A stretch of 53,863 bases of DNA from Salinivenus sp. (lineage in GTDB: Bacteria > Bacteroidota > Rhodothermia > Rhodothermales > Salinibacteraceae), in NCBI GenBank assembly GCA_036625705.1, contig JAZKTD010000001.1, positions 1-53,863 of the forward strand, given 5' to 3'. Positions 19,489 through 29,085 of the stretch are shown in pieces (the first letter of the stretch is position 1; each line of letters opens with the position of its first letter). The position numbers and the translations under genes are program-made. The notes beneath the pieces were generated by a model, which had not been told where the DNA came from, did not search any database, and saw only the letters and a program-made list of their open reading frames with translations.

Positions 19489-20463
19489 TCAGGGGGAGGC
19501 GGCCGCCGTCGACGACGAATTCTCCACGAGCCACCGAAGCGCCAGGCCGTGCCGTAGCTCGTACGGGCTGACGCGGACGGCGTCCCGGTCGTAGTGGCTC
19601 AGAACGCAGTCGAGCAGGAGGACGCCGACGGGAAAGACGTCGGCCCGCCCCTCCATGGCCGCCGGGTGCAGGGCCCGGATCGCGTCGACGTTGAGCCGGA
19701 ACAGCCGCTCGCGCCACTCCTGGATGTCGCGTCGGGACAGCGAAAAGCCGCCGCCGTGGAGGGCGTCCCACGTGCTGTCGGGGCCGGCGTGCACGAGGGC
19801 GAGGGCGGTGGCGGTGCCCGCCGTCCCGATGAGCGTCGGATCGGGGCCGGCGTCGAGGGCGGCGGTCCGGAGCGCCGCGTCGATGAGGCGCTCGGCCCGC
19901 TCGATCTCGTCGGCGGGGGGCGGCTGCGACGAAAAGCAGCGTTCCGTGAGGCGCACGCAGCCGACGTCCAGGCTCGTCCGGGCCGTGATTGCGTCGACGG
20001 AGCGGGGATGATGGGCCGACGGGTTCTGCCCGGCAATCAGTTCGGTCGAGCCGCCGCCGATGTCGACCACGACGGAGGGGCCCGTGAGGTCGTCGAAGGC
20101 TGCGCACGCCGCGGCGAAGCTCCAGGCCGCCTCCGCCGCGCCCGACAGCAGCTCGATCTCGAGCCCGAGCGCGTCCCGCACCGCGTCGAGCACCGCCGCC
20201 CGGTTTGCGGCGTCGCGGAGGGCACTCGTGCCCGCGGCGACGACCCGGTCGGCCCCCTGCTCGCGGGCGGTCTGCACGTGGGCTCGGAGGGCGTCGAGGA
20301 GGCGGTCCTGCGCGGCCGTGCCGATCCGCCCCTGGGCGTCGACGTCTTCGCCCAGCCGCACGAACCGTTCGACGGCGTGGAGGCGCCGGAGGGCGGGGCC
20401 GTCGGCCTCGACGACGAGAAGCTGCGCGGTGTTGGTGCCGACGTCGATGGTGGCGAGGCGCAC
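19489..20463 (-). CDS. Ppx/GppA-family phosphatase (short form, no HD domain)
   Basis: ATIDVGTNT, GTSALRDAAN, DIGGGSTE, GCVRLTE, GRADV; GTG start at 20463. Confidence 0.92.
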   Translation of the reverse strand: MRLATIDVGTNTAQLLVVEADGPALRRLHAVERFVRLGEDVDAQGRIGTAAQDRLLDALRAHVQTAREQGADRVVAAGTSALRDAANRAAVLDAVRDALGLEIELLSGAAEAAWSFAAACAAFDDLTGPSVVVDIGGGSTELIAGQNPSAHHPRSVDAITARTSLDVGCVRLTERCFSSQPPPADEIERAERLIDAALRTAALDAGPDPTLIGTAGTATALALVHAGPDSTWDALHGGGFSLSRRDIQEWRERLFRLNVDAIRALHPAAMEGRADVFPVGVLLLDCVLSHYDRDAVRVSPYELRHGLALRWLVENSSSTAAASP

Positions 20464-20501
20464 GGGAGGGGGGAGTGAGTACAGGACCGGAGCGGAGGGG
20501 G

Positions 20502-21338
20502 TCACGCCGGACGGCAGCGGACGGCCCACCACCCGTCCTCGCTGGCCTCCTGCTCGGCGACCAGGTCGTGCTCGGCGAGCCCCTCGAGCATCCGGTTGCG
20601 CTGACTGGTGAGGAGGCCGGCGAGGAGGAGATCGCCGTCGGCGGCGAGCCGCGTGCGAAGGGCCGGCAGCAGGTCGAGGATGGTGTCGAGCGTGATGTTG
20701 GCCGCGAGGACGTCGGCCGCGGCGTCCGCGGGGACGGCCTCTACCGAGCCCTCGCGGACCGTCACGCGGCCGGCCACGCCGTTTTGCGCTGCGTTCTTCC
20801 GGGCGTTGGTGACGGCAACCGGCTCGGTGTCCACGCCGAGCACCCGGCGCGCGCCGAGGTGGCAGGCCGCGATGGCGAGCACCCCGGTGCCGACGCCGAC
20901 GTCCACGACCGTGTCGTCTGGCGAGACGGCGTCGATCAGGAGGCGGAGCGTGAGGCGGGTCGAGGCGTGGTGGCCGCTGCCGAAGCTCCGCTCCGGGTCG
21001 ATGCGGAGAACTGTCGCGGCGTCGTGCTCGGCGGGCACGTCGAGGTCGCTCCGGCACAGCAGGAAGGGGCCGACCCGCACGGGCGTCACCGACGCCTCCC
21101 AGGCCGCATTCCAGTTGCGGTCGGCCACGAGGCGGAGGGACAGGGCGTCCACGTAGCCGTCGGCCCGGAGGCGAGCCTCCAGCCGTTCGCGCAGGGCGGC
21201 CGACCAGTCGTCGGCGGGCACGTAGGCAGTCAGTGCGGCGTCGGTCTGACGGAAGCCGGTGGCCCGGTCGTCGAGCCAGCCGATGAACCGGTCGTGCTCG
21301 AGGATGGGGACGGAAAGGGTCAGTTCAACGGTGTCCAT
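20502..21338 (-). CDS. prmA: Ribosomal protein L11 methyltransferase
   Basis: NWNAAWE, IDPERSFGSGHHASTRL, DVGVGTGVLAI, ANIT motifs. Confidence 0.92.
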   Translation of the reverse strand: MDTVELTLSVPILEHDRFIGWLDDRATGFRQTDAALTAYVPADDWSAALRERLEARLRADGYVDALSLRLVADRNWNAAWEASVTPVRVGPFLLCRSDLDVPAEHDAATVLRIDPERSFGSGHHASTRLTLRLLIDAVSPDDTVVDVGVGTGVLAIAACHLGARRVLGVDTEPVAVTNARKNAAQNGVAGRVTVREGSVEAVPADAAADVLAANITLDTILDLLPALRTRLAADGDLLLAGLLTSQRNRMLEGLAEHDLVAEQEASEDGWWAVRCRPA

Positions 21339-21380
21339 GGTCGAGCCCTGTGTCGTCGGACGAGACGGCCGGCGCGGCTT

Positions 21381-21481
21381 TACCGATCCGTGAGGAAATG
21401 AATGAAGACCGTTTCTGCTCGTGTGAGGCTCGGTCCTCCGCTCATCGGGAACCTGTTCAGAGACTTTTACACGGATCGGTA
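21381..21481. repeat. 101-bp element with 12-bp perfect terminal inverted repeats (MITE-like or structured RNA)
   Basis: TACCGATCCGTG (21381-92) and CACGGATCGGTA (21470-81) bracket a relatively AT-rich core. Confidence 0.6.
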
Positions 21482-21493
21482 GAACCGGCCGAG

Positions 21494-22252
21494 TCAGCGA
21501 GGCGAGGCCCCCGACGCCGCCTCGGGGGGCACGACCCCGCGGTAGAGCGACGCGATGCCGAAGGTGAGCGGGATCCAGCGCAGGTCCTCAAACCCGCTCT
21601 CGCCCATCCGGACCAGGAAGTCGGGGCCGTCGGGAAACGCCGCCACCGAGTTCGGCAGGTACTCGTACGCGCTCTCGTCGGGGCTCAGCGCCCCCCCGAT
21701 GCGGGGAAGGACGTGTTCGTTGTACCAGGCGTACAGCTGTTTGATCGGCGTCGTGCGCGGTCGGCTGAACTCCAGCACGACGAGCGGGGCGCCGGGCCGG
21801 AGGACGCGGCCGATGCCCCGCAGACCGGCCTCCAGGTCCTCGAAGTTGCGCACCCCGAAGGCCACGAGGGCCGCGTCGAAATGGTCGTCGGGGAACGGCG
21901 GGTCGGCGGCGTCGCCCTGCACCAGCGAGATGCGCGAGGAGAGGCCGAGCCGGTCGAGCTTCGCCCGGCCGTAGTCGAGCATTTCGGCCGAGAGGTCGAC
22001 CCCCACCACCTCGCGGGGGTGCAGCGTCCGTTCGGCCTTGATCGCGAGGTCGGCCGTGCCGGTCGCCACGTCGAGCACGCGGGTGGGCTGCTCGTCGGCC
22101 AGCAGCCGCACGGCTTGGGTGCGCCAGTACCGGTCGATCCCGAAGCTCAGGAGGCGGTTCAGGAGGTCGTACCGGGGGGCGATGGCGTCGAACATGTCCT
22201 CGATCGCCGCCGCCTTGCCCTCGACTTCGCCGATGGGGGGATGGTCGGGCAT
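21494..22252 (-). CDS. ubiE: Demethylmenaquinone methyltransferase UbiE/MenG
   Basis: MFDAIAPRYDLLNRLLSFGID, LDVATGTAD, AFGVRN, LEFSRP, AYEYLPNSV. Confidence 0.95.
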   Translation of the reverse strand: MPDHPPIGEVEGKAAAIEDMFDAIAPRYDLLNRLLSFGIDRYWRTQAVRLLADEQPTRVLDVATGTADLAIKAERTLHPREVVGVDLSAEMLDYGRAKLDRLGLSSRISLVQGDAADPPFPDDHFDAALVAFGVRNFEDLEAGLRGIGRVLRPGAPLVVLEFSRPRTTPIKQLYAWYNEHVLPRIGGALSPDESAYEYLPNSVAAFPDGPDFLVRMGESGFEDLRWIPLTFGIASLYRGVVPPEAASGASPR

Positions 22253-22332
22253 TGCGTGGTGCGTATTGCGTAGTGCGTATTGCGTACCCGCTTGGCACCG
22301 CGCCCCACGAAATACGCAATACGAAATACAGA
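22253..22332. repeat. Inverted heptamer tandem arrays
   Basis: Five TGCGT(A/G)N units at 22253-22287 and three to four complementary ATACG(C/A)A-like units at 22305-22332. Confidence 0.85.
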
Positions 22333-22384
22333 GTGTTGATGTGTGCGCCCGATCCCAGCCCCGTCGGTCGGAACGAGATCGTCT

Positions 22385-23368
22385 TCAGCTGAGAATCTGC
22401 GTCAGCTTCAGCAGGTCGTAGTCGATGGACTTGCGGCGGCCGTAGACGTTGCGGAGCGGGGTAAGCTTGACCTCGCCGTTCACGAGGCCCACCATCACGT
22501 CCGAGTGCCCGTCCATCAGCGACTCGACGGCGGCCACCCCGAGGCGGCTCGCCAGGACGCGGTCGCTGGCGGAGGGGGCCCCGCCGCGCTGCGTGTGGCC
22601 CAGAATCGTGGAGCGGAGATCGATGTCCGAGAACTCGGGGTCGTCGCGGAGTGCCTGTTCGATGCCGCGGGCCCCGCCGAGCTCGTCGCCCTCGGCCACC
22701 ACGACGATCGTGGAGCGCCGCTGGGCCGACATGAGCGAGAGGATGCGCTCCTTCACCATGTCCATCTCCGTGATCGTCTCCGGGATGAGAATCAGCTCCG
22801 CGCCGCCGCCGATGCCGCAGTTGAGGGCGATGAAGCCGGCGTCCCGCCCCATCACCTCGACCAGAAAGAGGCGGTTGTGGGCGTCGGCCGTATCCCGAAT
22901 GCGATCGATGTTTTCGATGGCTGTGTTTAACGCCGTGTCGTAGCCGATCGTGGCGTCGGTGCCGTAGAGGTCGTTGTCGATGGTGCCGGGGGCGCCGATC
23001 ACCGGAAACTCGTGCTCCTGGTGCAGCTTCGAGGCGCCGCGGAACGTGCCGTCGCCCCCGATGGCCACGAGCACGTCGACCCGGTTCTTGCGCAGTTCCT
23101 CGGCGGCCCGGGCCCGGCCCTCCTCGGTCATGAACGTCTCGGAGCGGGCGCTCTTGAGCACGGTGCCCCCGGACTGCATGATGTTCGAGACCGACCGTCG
23201 GTCCATCTCGACGAAGTCGCCCTCGATCATGCCCTCATAGCCGCGCCGGATGCCGGTCACGTCGATGTCGTTGGTGACGGCGGTGCGCACGACGGCCCGG
23301 AGACAGGCGTTCATCCCGGGGGCGTCGCCCCCGCTCGTATACACGCCGAGGCGCTCAATGTCCTGCAT
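22385..23368 (-). CDS. pfkA: ATP-dependent 6-phosphofructokinase
   Basis: TSGGDAPGMNA, IGGDGT, PGTIDND, EVMGR, LGHTQRGG. Confidence 0.97.
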   Translation of the reverse strand: MQDIERLGVYTSGGDAPGMNACLRAVVRTAVTNDIDVTGIRRGYEGMIEGDFVEMDRRSVSNIMQSGGTVLKSARSETFMTEEGRARAAEELRKNRVDVLVAIGGDGTFRGASKLHQEHEFPVIGAPGTIDNDLYGTDATIGYDTALNTAIENIDRIRDTADAHNRLFLVEVMGRDAGFIALNCGIGGGAELILIPETITEMDMVKERILSLMSAQRRSTIVVVAEGDELGGARGIEQALRDDPEFSDIDLRSTILGHTQRGGAPSASDRVLASRLGVAAVESLMDGHSDVMVGLVNGEVKLTPLRNVYGRRKSIDYDLLKLTQILS

Positions 23369-23455
23369 GGGGGTGCGAGACTGCGGATCGATGAGCGAAG
23401 CAACGAGCCAGGGGCCCGGCGGGACCGGGCGGGCGGGATCAGACGGGCGGGAGGG

Positions 23456-24412
23456 TCACCGCACGGGCTGTGGACGGGCTACCACGATACCGATTTGATG
23501 ATCGATCTTCTGAACGTACCGTTGAAGATCGGGCGAAACCACGATCCCGTCCGATAGGGAGGCGTGCAGCAGGCCGAACGCATTCGGGTCGCCGTCCTCG
23601 TGGGCGTAGACCAGGCCGCTGTGGGCCACGTCGAGCCCGTCGATCGAGGTGGCGATCCCCACGATGTCGCCCGCCCGCAGCTGGTCGTAGACGGCGCGGA
23701 TCGAGTCCTGCGGCACGAACCGGACCGGGCGCTCGGCCTGTCGGGCCTGCAGGTCCTCTTCCATCCGCTGGACGCAGGCGTGGAGGCTGTCGTTCGTGGC
23801 GAACCGGTCGTAGCTGGACCGGTGGGTGCTCATGAAGTCGAGCGAGTCGGTCATGCGCCGCCCGCCCAGGTCGTCGTCGATGCGCTCCACGAGGCCCTTC
23901 TCCTCGTTGTCGGCCATCCACTCGGTGAAGTAGTGCAGTCGGCCGCAGTAGCCCTGCAGGGTGCCGCCGCGGTAGCGCTGCTCGGCGAGGCGCCGGGCGA
24001 AGCCGGCGTAGGTGGTGTCGCCCGCCATCACGCCGCGGGCCAGTGCGAGCGTCGTCTCCACGAACGTCACGCAGTCGAAGCCGTCGAGCCGCACGACGAG
24101 CGACTCGGTGCGTCCGGTGTCGAGCGTGCCTTCGAGGTAGGGGCGCCCCTGGAAGTGGGGGCCGAGCGCCTGCATGAGGGCCCCGACCGAGGACACGGTC
24201 GGCCTCTGGGCCACGGCGTACTGCATCGCCGCGGCAAACCGGGCCGCCGTCGCGGAGTCGGGCGGCGTGAGCGCGCTGTCGGGCAGGGCCGGCGCGGCGG
24301 CCGCAGTGGGCGAGGCCGTGGCCCCCGACCCCGCGTTCGACGAGGGCTGGCACCCGCTTCCAAGCAGAAAGGCGGCCGCGAGGAGAACGACGGGCAGGCG
24401 GCGGAGTGGCAT
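23456..24412 (-). CDS. DUF1460 N-acetylmuramoyl-L-alanine amidase-like lipoprotein (NlpC/P60 superfamily)
   Basis: Lipobox GSGC; FDCVTFVE (catalytic Cys), RLHYFTEW, GLDVAHSG, LHAS. Confidence 0.88.
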   Translation of the reverse strand: MPLRRLPVVLLAAAFLLGSGCQPSSNAGSGATASPTAAAAPALPDSALTPPDSATAARFAAAMQYAVAQRPTVSSVGALMQALGPHFQGRPYLEGTLDTGRTESLVVRLDGFDCVTFVETTLALARGVMAGDTTYAGFARRLAEQRYRGGTLQGYCGRLHYFTEWMADNEEKGLVERIDDDLGGRRMTDSLDFMSTHRSSYDRFATNDSLHACVQRMEEDLQARQAERPVRFVPQDSIRAVYDQLRAGDIVGIATSIDGLDVAHSGLVYAHEDGDPNAFGLLHASLSDGIVVSPDLQRYVQKIDHQIGIVVARPQPVR

Positions 24413-24448
24413 GAGACGGCGAAGCGGGTCGGCATGAACGCCTCCCTT

Positions 24449-25132
24449 TCACCCACGTGCGTCTTCCTCGTTTCCCAACGAGACCGGAGACGCTGCGAAT
24501 TCAGCGACCGGACGGTCGAGGGCGGCGGCCTCTTCGTCCTCGAGGGGCCACCACGTCGCGTCGACCGCCAGGGCGTCGTCGAGCCGCGCCATGTAGTCGG
24601 CCCGCGGAATCTCGACCACGCCGAAGCGCTCGAGGTGCGCGGTCGAGTACTGCGTGTCCAGGAGCGTAAAGCCCCCGGCCCGCAGCTGCCGCGTGAGGTG
24701 GATGAGCGCCACCTTCGACGCGTTGCTGACCCGGAAGAACATCGACTCTCCAAAGAAAGCCCCGCCCAGCGCCACGCCGTAGAGCCCGCCCGCCAGGGTG
24801 CCGTCCTGCCAGCACTCCACGCTGTGGGCCCGGCCGCTATCGTGGAGCCGGGTGTAGGCCCGGACGATGCGGGGGGTGATCCAGGTGCGGTCCCGGTCCG
24901 CGCAGGCCCGAATCACCCGATCGAACGCCGCGTCGCTCGTGACCTCGAACTCGCGCCGCCGCACCCGCCGTCGGAGGTTGTGGGGCACGTGAACGTTCCC
25001 GAGCGGGAGGTGGGCCCGCGGGTCCGGCGAGTACCAGCCCACCGTGCCGGTCCGGTCGTCGCCCATCGGAAAGAGGCCGTTGGCGTAGGCGCGAACGAGG
25101 AGGGCAGGCGTCAGGCGAACGTCCTCGGACAC
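24449..25132 (-). CDS. aat: Leucyl/phenylalanyl-tRNA--protein transferase
   Basis: AYANGLFPM, WYSPDPR, AHSVECW, GGLYGV, FFGESMF, NASKVAL. Confidence 0.96.
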   Translation of the reverse strand: MSEDVRLTPALLVRAYANGLFPMGDDRTGTVGWYSPDPRAHLPLGNVHVPHNLRRRVRRREFEVTSDAAFDRVIRACADRDRTWITPRIVRAYTRLHDSGRAHSVECWQDGTLAGGLYGVALGGAFFGESMFFRVSNASKVALIHLTRQLRAGGFTLLDTQYSTAHLERFGVVEIPRADYMARLDDALAVDATWWPLEDEEAAALDRPVAEFAASPVSLGNEEDARG

Positions 25133-25237
25133 GACAACAGCGGGAACGAGACGAAGTCAGTGAGCACCCATCAAACTATGATCCCCGACGAGAGTTTGTA
25201 CCGACTCGCACGGCCGCTCCACATCCTCGTCTTGCCC

Positions 25238-25747
25238 ATGGAGACCCCGAGCTACCGCGCCACGATCGGCGACCGCTCGTTCGACCTCTCGTTCGAGGAG
25301 GATCACGTCGTCATCGACGGGGAGGCCACTCCATATACCGTCGAGACGCTGCGGGACGGATACCTCTCGCTCATCGTCGACGGGCGGAGCGTCCCGGTCG
25401 CGGTGGAGCCGCTCGGGGACGGGCGGATGCAGGTGACGATCGGGGGACGACGCACGGTGGTGCAGATCCGGGATGAGCGCGACCTGCTGGTCGACGAGTT
25501 CGGGCTGGGGGCCGACGAGGCGGGAGGCGGAGCGGTCCGGGCCCCGATGCCGGGCCTCGTGCTCGAGATCCTCGTGGAGGAGGGCGAGACGGTCGAGGCG
25601 GAGCAGGGCCTCCTCGTGCTCGAGGCGATGAAGATGGAGAACGAGCTGACGGCCCCGTCGGGCGGGGTCGTCGAGATCATCCACGTCGAGAGTGGGGCGT
25701 CGGTCGACAAGGAGGCGCTGCTGATCGAGATCGCGCCGGAGACGTAG
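25238..25747 (+). CDS. Biotin carboxyl carrier protein (acyl-CoA carboxylase subunit)
   Basis: APMPG and EAMKMENE biotinylation motif. The real gene is the 3' part of ORF 23564..25747. Confidence 0.92.
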   Translation: METPSYRATIGDRSFDLSFEEDHVVIDGEATPYTVETLRDGYLSLIVDGRSVPVAVEPLGDGRMQVTIGGRRTVVQIRDERDLLVDEFGLGADEAGGGAVRAPMPGLVLEILVEEGETVEAEQGLLVLEAMKMENELTAPSGGVVEIIHVESGASVDKEALLIEIAPET

Positions 25748-25838
25748 GCCTTTCGGCACGGTGTTCAAGGTGCGCGGCCGAGACGGGGCAGAGGCCGGCG
25801 GCCGGGCGGTTCGATCTTCTGTACACTGCACATGCACG

Positions 25839-26825
25839 ATGAGTGACGACGGAACGGTTCTCGTGACGGGAGCGACGGGGTTTGTCGGGTCGGTGCTGAC
25901 CCGCCAGCTCGTCTCGGACGGAGTCGACGTCCGCATCTTTCGGCGGGAGCGCTCATCCCTCGACCTGCTGGGCGACGCCGCCGCGGCCGTCGACCACGCG
26001 GTGGGGGACGTCACCTACGCCCGCAGTCTCTACGAGGCCATGGAGGGCATCGATCGCGTCTACCACGTCGCCGCGATGGTCCGGTTCGCCCGGCGCGACC
26101 GCGAGGCCCTCCGCCGCGTCAACGCCGACGGCACGGCCCATGTCGTGGACGCTGCGCTGGAGGCCGGCATCGACCGGCTGGTCCACACCTCGAGCATCGC
26201 CGCGCTCGGCCGTCCCCTCGGCCGCGACCGGGCCATCGACGAGACGACGCCCTGGCAGGACGCGCCCCACCGCTCGGCCTACGCCCGCTCGAAGCGCCGG
26301 GCCGAGCTGGAGGTTCGCCGAGGCATCGCGGAGGGGCTCGACGCGGTCATCGTCAACCCGGCGCTCGTGTTCGGGGTCGGCGGGCCGGACACCAACACGC
26401 GTCGCATCGTGGACGCCGTCCGCAGCGGGTGGGCGGTGGCGGTGCCGCCGGGCGGGACAAACGTCGTCGACGTCCGGGATGTGGCCGCCGGGCACCGGGC
26501 CGCCATGCGCCACGGCGAGTCGGGGCGGCGCTATCTTCTCGGCGGCGAAAATCGGTCGTGGCGGTCCATCGTCGCCACGCTGGCGGACGCCTTCGGGGTA
26601 GACCCGCCCCGATACACAGTGCCCGGGGCGGTCCTGCGGGCTGGGGGCGCCGTGTCCGAGGCGGTCGCCGCGATCACCCGCAAGCGGCCCCTTCTTCCGG
26701 GGGCCACGGCCCGCTCGGCGGCCCGGACTTACCGCTTCGACAACAGCCGGGCGCGGACGGAACTCGGCTGTACGTTCCGTCCGTTCCGAAAAACGGCCCG
26801 GCGCATTGCCCGGGCTCTGGTGTAA
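25839..26825 (+). CDS. NAD-dependent epimerase/dehydratase (extended SDR, dihydroflavonol reductase-like)
   Basis: VTGATGFVGS, HTSS, YARSK (YxxxK), VDVRDVA. Confidence 0.9.
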   Translation: MSDDGTVLVTGATGFVGSVLTRQLVSDGVDVRIFRRERSSLDLLGDAAAAVDHAVGDVTYARSLYEAMEGIDRVYHVAAMVRFARRDREALRRVNADGTAHVVDAALEAGIDRLVHTSSIAALGRPLGRDRAIDETTPWQDAPHRSAYARSKRRAELEVRRGIAEGLDAVIVNPALVFGVGGPDTNTRRIVDAVRSGWAVAVPPGGTNVVDVRDVAAGHRAAMRHGESGRRYLLGGENRSWRSIVATLADAFGVDPPRYTVPGAVLRAGGAVSEAVAAITRKRPLLPGATARSAARTYRFDNSRARTELGCTFRPFRKTARRIARALV

Positions 26826-27028
26826 CTGTTCGAGGGCCGCGGAGACGAATCTGCGACCGAAGAGGAAGAAAAAGGCGGCGCCCGTGCGCCCGCGGGACGG
26901 TGCTCTGCGCTCCCGCACAGCCGGACCCTGCGCCCGAACACGGACGCCGGAGAACGGCCGGAGAGGCTCCCGGGTCGCCCGCCGACGCTCGATCGGCCCA
27001 CAACACTCAGTCGGTTTTGCGGTCGACC

Positions 27029-27766
27029 ATGTCCCACTCCCCTGCACATACGTCGGGTCGTCGCGTCTCCGTAGAGATTCCCGACCTGAGCTGTTGGTGG
27101 GAATCGGCGCTCCTGGTGCCCTCCCGGTACCGCCGCCTGTATCTGGGCGTCGAGCTTGTCGTCCTCTACCTCGGGCTGCCGCTGCTTCTCTACACGCAGC
27201 GCGCCGCGCTCGACGGATGGGTGGCCCCCATCCTGCTCCTCCTCGCGGCCAGCTGTACGGCGGTGCTCTGGTGGGACGACAGCTTCAACCAGCGTCAGCT
27301 CTGGAACCGGGGCGCCTTCCGTCAGCATCTGGCCCGGACGCTTCGCTGGTTCGTGCCCGGCGCGATCTCTGTCGGCGTGCTCTTCGCCGTGCTGCGGCCG
27401 GACCTGCTGTGGATGCTTCCCCAGACGAGGACGCAGGTCTGGCTGATTTTGATGCTCACCTATCCGGTGCTGTCGGTCTACCCCCAGGAAATTGTCTTCC
27501 GGGCCTTCTTTTTCCATCGCTACCACCCGCTCTTCCGGACGATTCGGAGCAAGGTCGTCGCCAGCAGCATCGCCTTCGGGCTGGCCCACATCATCTTCGC
27601 CAACTGGGTGGCGCCGCTGATGACCACCGTCATGGGGGGGCTGCTCGCCCGCACCTACGTGCGGACAGGGTCGACCCTGCAGACGACCCTCGAGCACGGG
27701 CTGTGGGGCGGATTTGCCTTCACCATCGGCCTCGGGTGGTTCGTCTTTAGCGGCGCCCTCGGGTAG
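27029..27766 (+). CDS. CPBP/Abi-family intramembrane protease-like protein
   Basis: Multi-TM protein; PQEIVFR, FGLAH, EHGLWG correspond to the CPBP motifs. Confidence 0.8.
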   Translation: MSHSPAHTSGRRVSVEIPDLSCWWESALLVPSRYRRLYLGVELVVLYLGLPLLLYTQRAALDGWVAPILLLLAASCTAVLWWDDSFNQRQLWNRGAFRQHLARTLRWFVPGAISVGVLFAVLRPDLLWMLPQTRTQVWLILMLTYPVLSVYPQEIVFRAFFFHRYHPLFRTIRSKVVASSIAFGLAHIIFANWVAPLMTTVMGGLLARTYVRTGSTLQTTLEHGLWGGFAFTIGLGWFVFSGALG

Positions 27767-27916
27767 GCGCTGTCCAGAAGGCCGCACAGGCCCATGCCGT
27801 GGACGCTGCCGGGGACGGGGAAGGCGTGACCGGCGAGAACCCAGTTCGTACCAAGAATCAGCCGGGGGGGGTCCCGAGAGCGTGGGACCGTCCGGGCCCC
27901 GAGAGAGCGAGGCGGT

Positions 27917-28414
27917 CTACTGCTCCGTCGGGGCGGAGCTTCGAACCGGCACCTGGACCCGTTGCAGGCCGCTCCGGGCAAACTCGAGGTTGAGAATCAG
28001 CGTGCTGTTCTCGTCGAGCGACTGGCCCAGGTTGACGAGGCGGACGTGGGTGGTGTCCGGGGCAAGCGTCATCCGGGTGCGGGCCGGAATCGGGAGGCCG
28101 CCCGCCATCGCGGCTCCCGATCCGCCGGCGGAGGCGCGCTGCACCACCGAGCTGTCGATAATGGGGGCGCGGGCCCGAAGCAGTGTGTCCGGGGTTTGTC
28201 GGCCGTTCGCGATCGTCATGGAGAGGGCCGTCGTGCTGCCGGGCGGGGCCGGACGCACCCACGGGTCTTCAATGGCGAGCTCGTCGTCGGGCAGGGGCGG
28301 CGGCCCCGTCTGCTGGTCCTGGGAGGACGGCGACTGGCACCCGGCGGCCGTCAGGAGGAGGGCCACGACCGACAGGGCGCCGAGCAGGGAGCGAGCACGC
28401 AGGGAGCGAAGCAT
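27917..28414 (-). CDS. PCuAC (DUF461) copper chaperone-like lipoprotein
   Basis: Lipobox AAGC; IEDPWVR, MTIAN...DTLL, IPA...LAP..HVRL, LEF fold motifs; 2 nt downstream of the SCO gene. Confidence 0.8.
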   Translation of the reverse strand: MLRSLRARSLLGALSVVALLLTAAGCQSPSSQDQQTGPPPLPDDELAIEDPWVRPAPPGSTTALSMTIANGRQTPDTLLRARAPIIDSSVVQRASAGGSGAAMAGGLPIPARTRMTLAPDTTHVRLVNLGQSLDENSTLILNLEFARSGLQRVQVPVRSSAPTEQ

Positions 28415-28416
28415 GG

Positions 28417-29085
28417 CTACGACTGAATCTTTTCGAGGTCGTTGGCGATCAGTTCCGGGGGCGTCTGGCTCCCGCCGTAGGTCGCCCGCACACGGCCCTT
28501 CGCGTCGATGAGTGCAATCTGATTCGAGTGAGTGTAGACGTAGGCAGAGTCCGTATCCGGGCGCGGAAACTCCCGGTCGGTGCCCTTAATGGTGTGGCGG
28601 ACGCCCAGCCGATCCATGAGGCGGCGGATCGTCGGGCGGTCGCCCGTGAAGAAGGGCCACGAGGAGCCCGTGATCCCGTACTGAGCCCGGTACGCCGCCA
28701 GGCGCGACGGCGTGTCGCGGTGCGGGTCGAACGTCACCGTTACCACATGCACCGCGGAGGTGTCTACCGCGCTCCGGATGTCTTTCATGTTGGCCGTGAT
28801 TTTCGGACACACGTTCGGGCACCGTGTATAGATCGTGCCGAGAATCACGGGCTTGCCGAGGAGGGCATCCGGGAACGCGACGGTGACGCTGTCCTGGTTC
28901 ACCAGCGTGTAGGACGTGTCGGCCAGCGTCGCGTCCACGTCGAGCGAGAGGGTGTTTTTGTCCGTCTGGGTGGAGCGGGACGACTCGCCCCCGCACCCCG
29001 CGCCGACGAGAAGAACCAGGGCCACGACGGCCACGAGCGTCGTTCGCCGTAGTGCGAAGCGGGCGGGACCACAGATGCCCATCAT
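28417..29085 (-). CDS. SCO1/SenC-family copper-binding lipoprotein
   Basis: YTRCPNVCP (CxxxC), FDPHRDTP, YTHSN (His ligand); lipobox GAGC. Confidence 0.92.
   Translation of the reverse strand: MMGICGPARFALRRTTLVAVVALVLLVGAGCGGESSRSTQTDKNTLSLDVDATLADTSYTLVNQDSVTVAFPDALLGKPVILGTIYTRCPNVCPKITANMKDIRSAVDTSAVHVVTVTFDPHRDTPSRLAAYRAQYGITGSSWPFFTGDRPTIRRLMDRLGVRHTIKGTDREFPRPDTDSAYVYTHSNQIALIDAKGRVRATYGGSQTPPELIANDLEKIQS

Noticed and set aside
22253-22332. CRISPR array
   Set aside because: Units are 7 bp with no spacers, and no cas genes are present.
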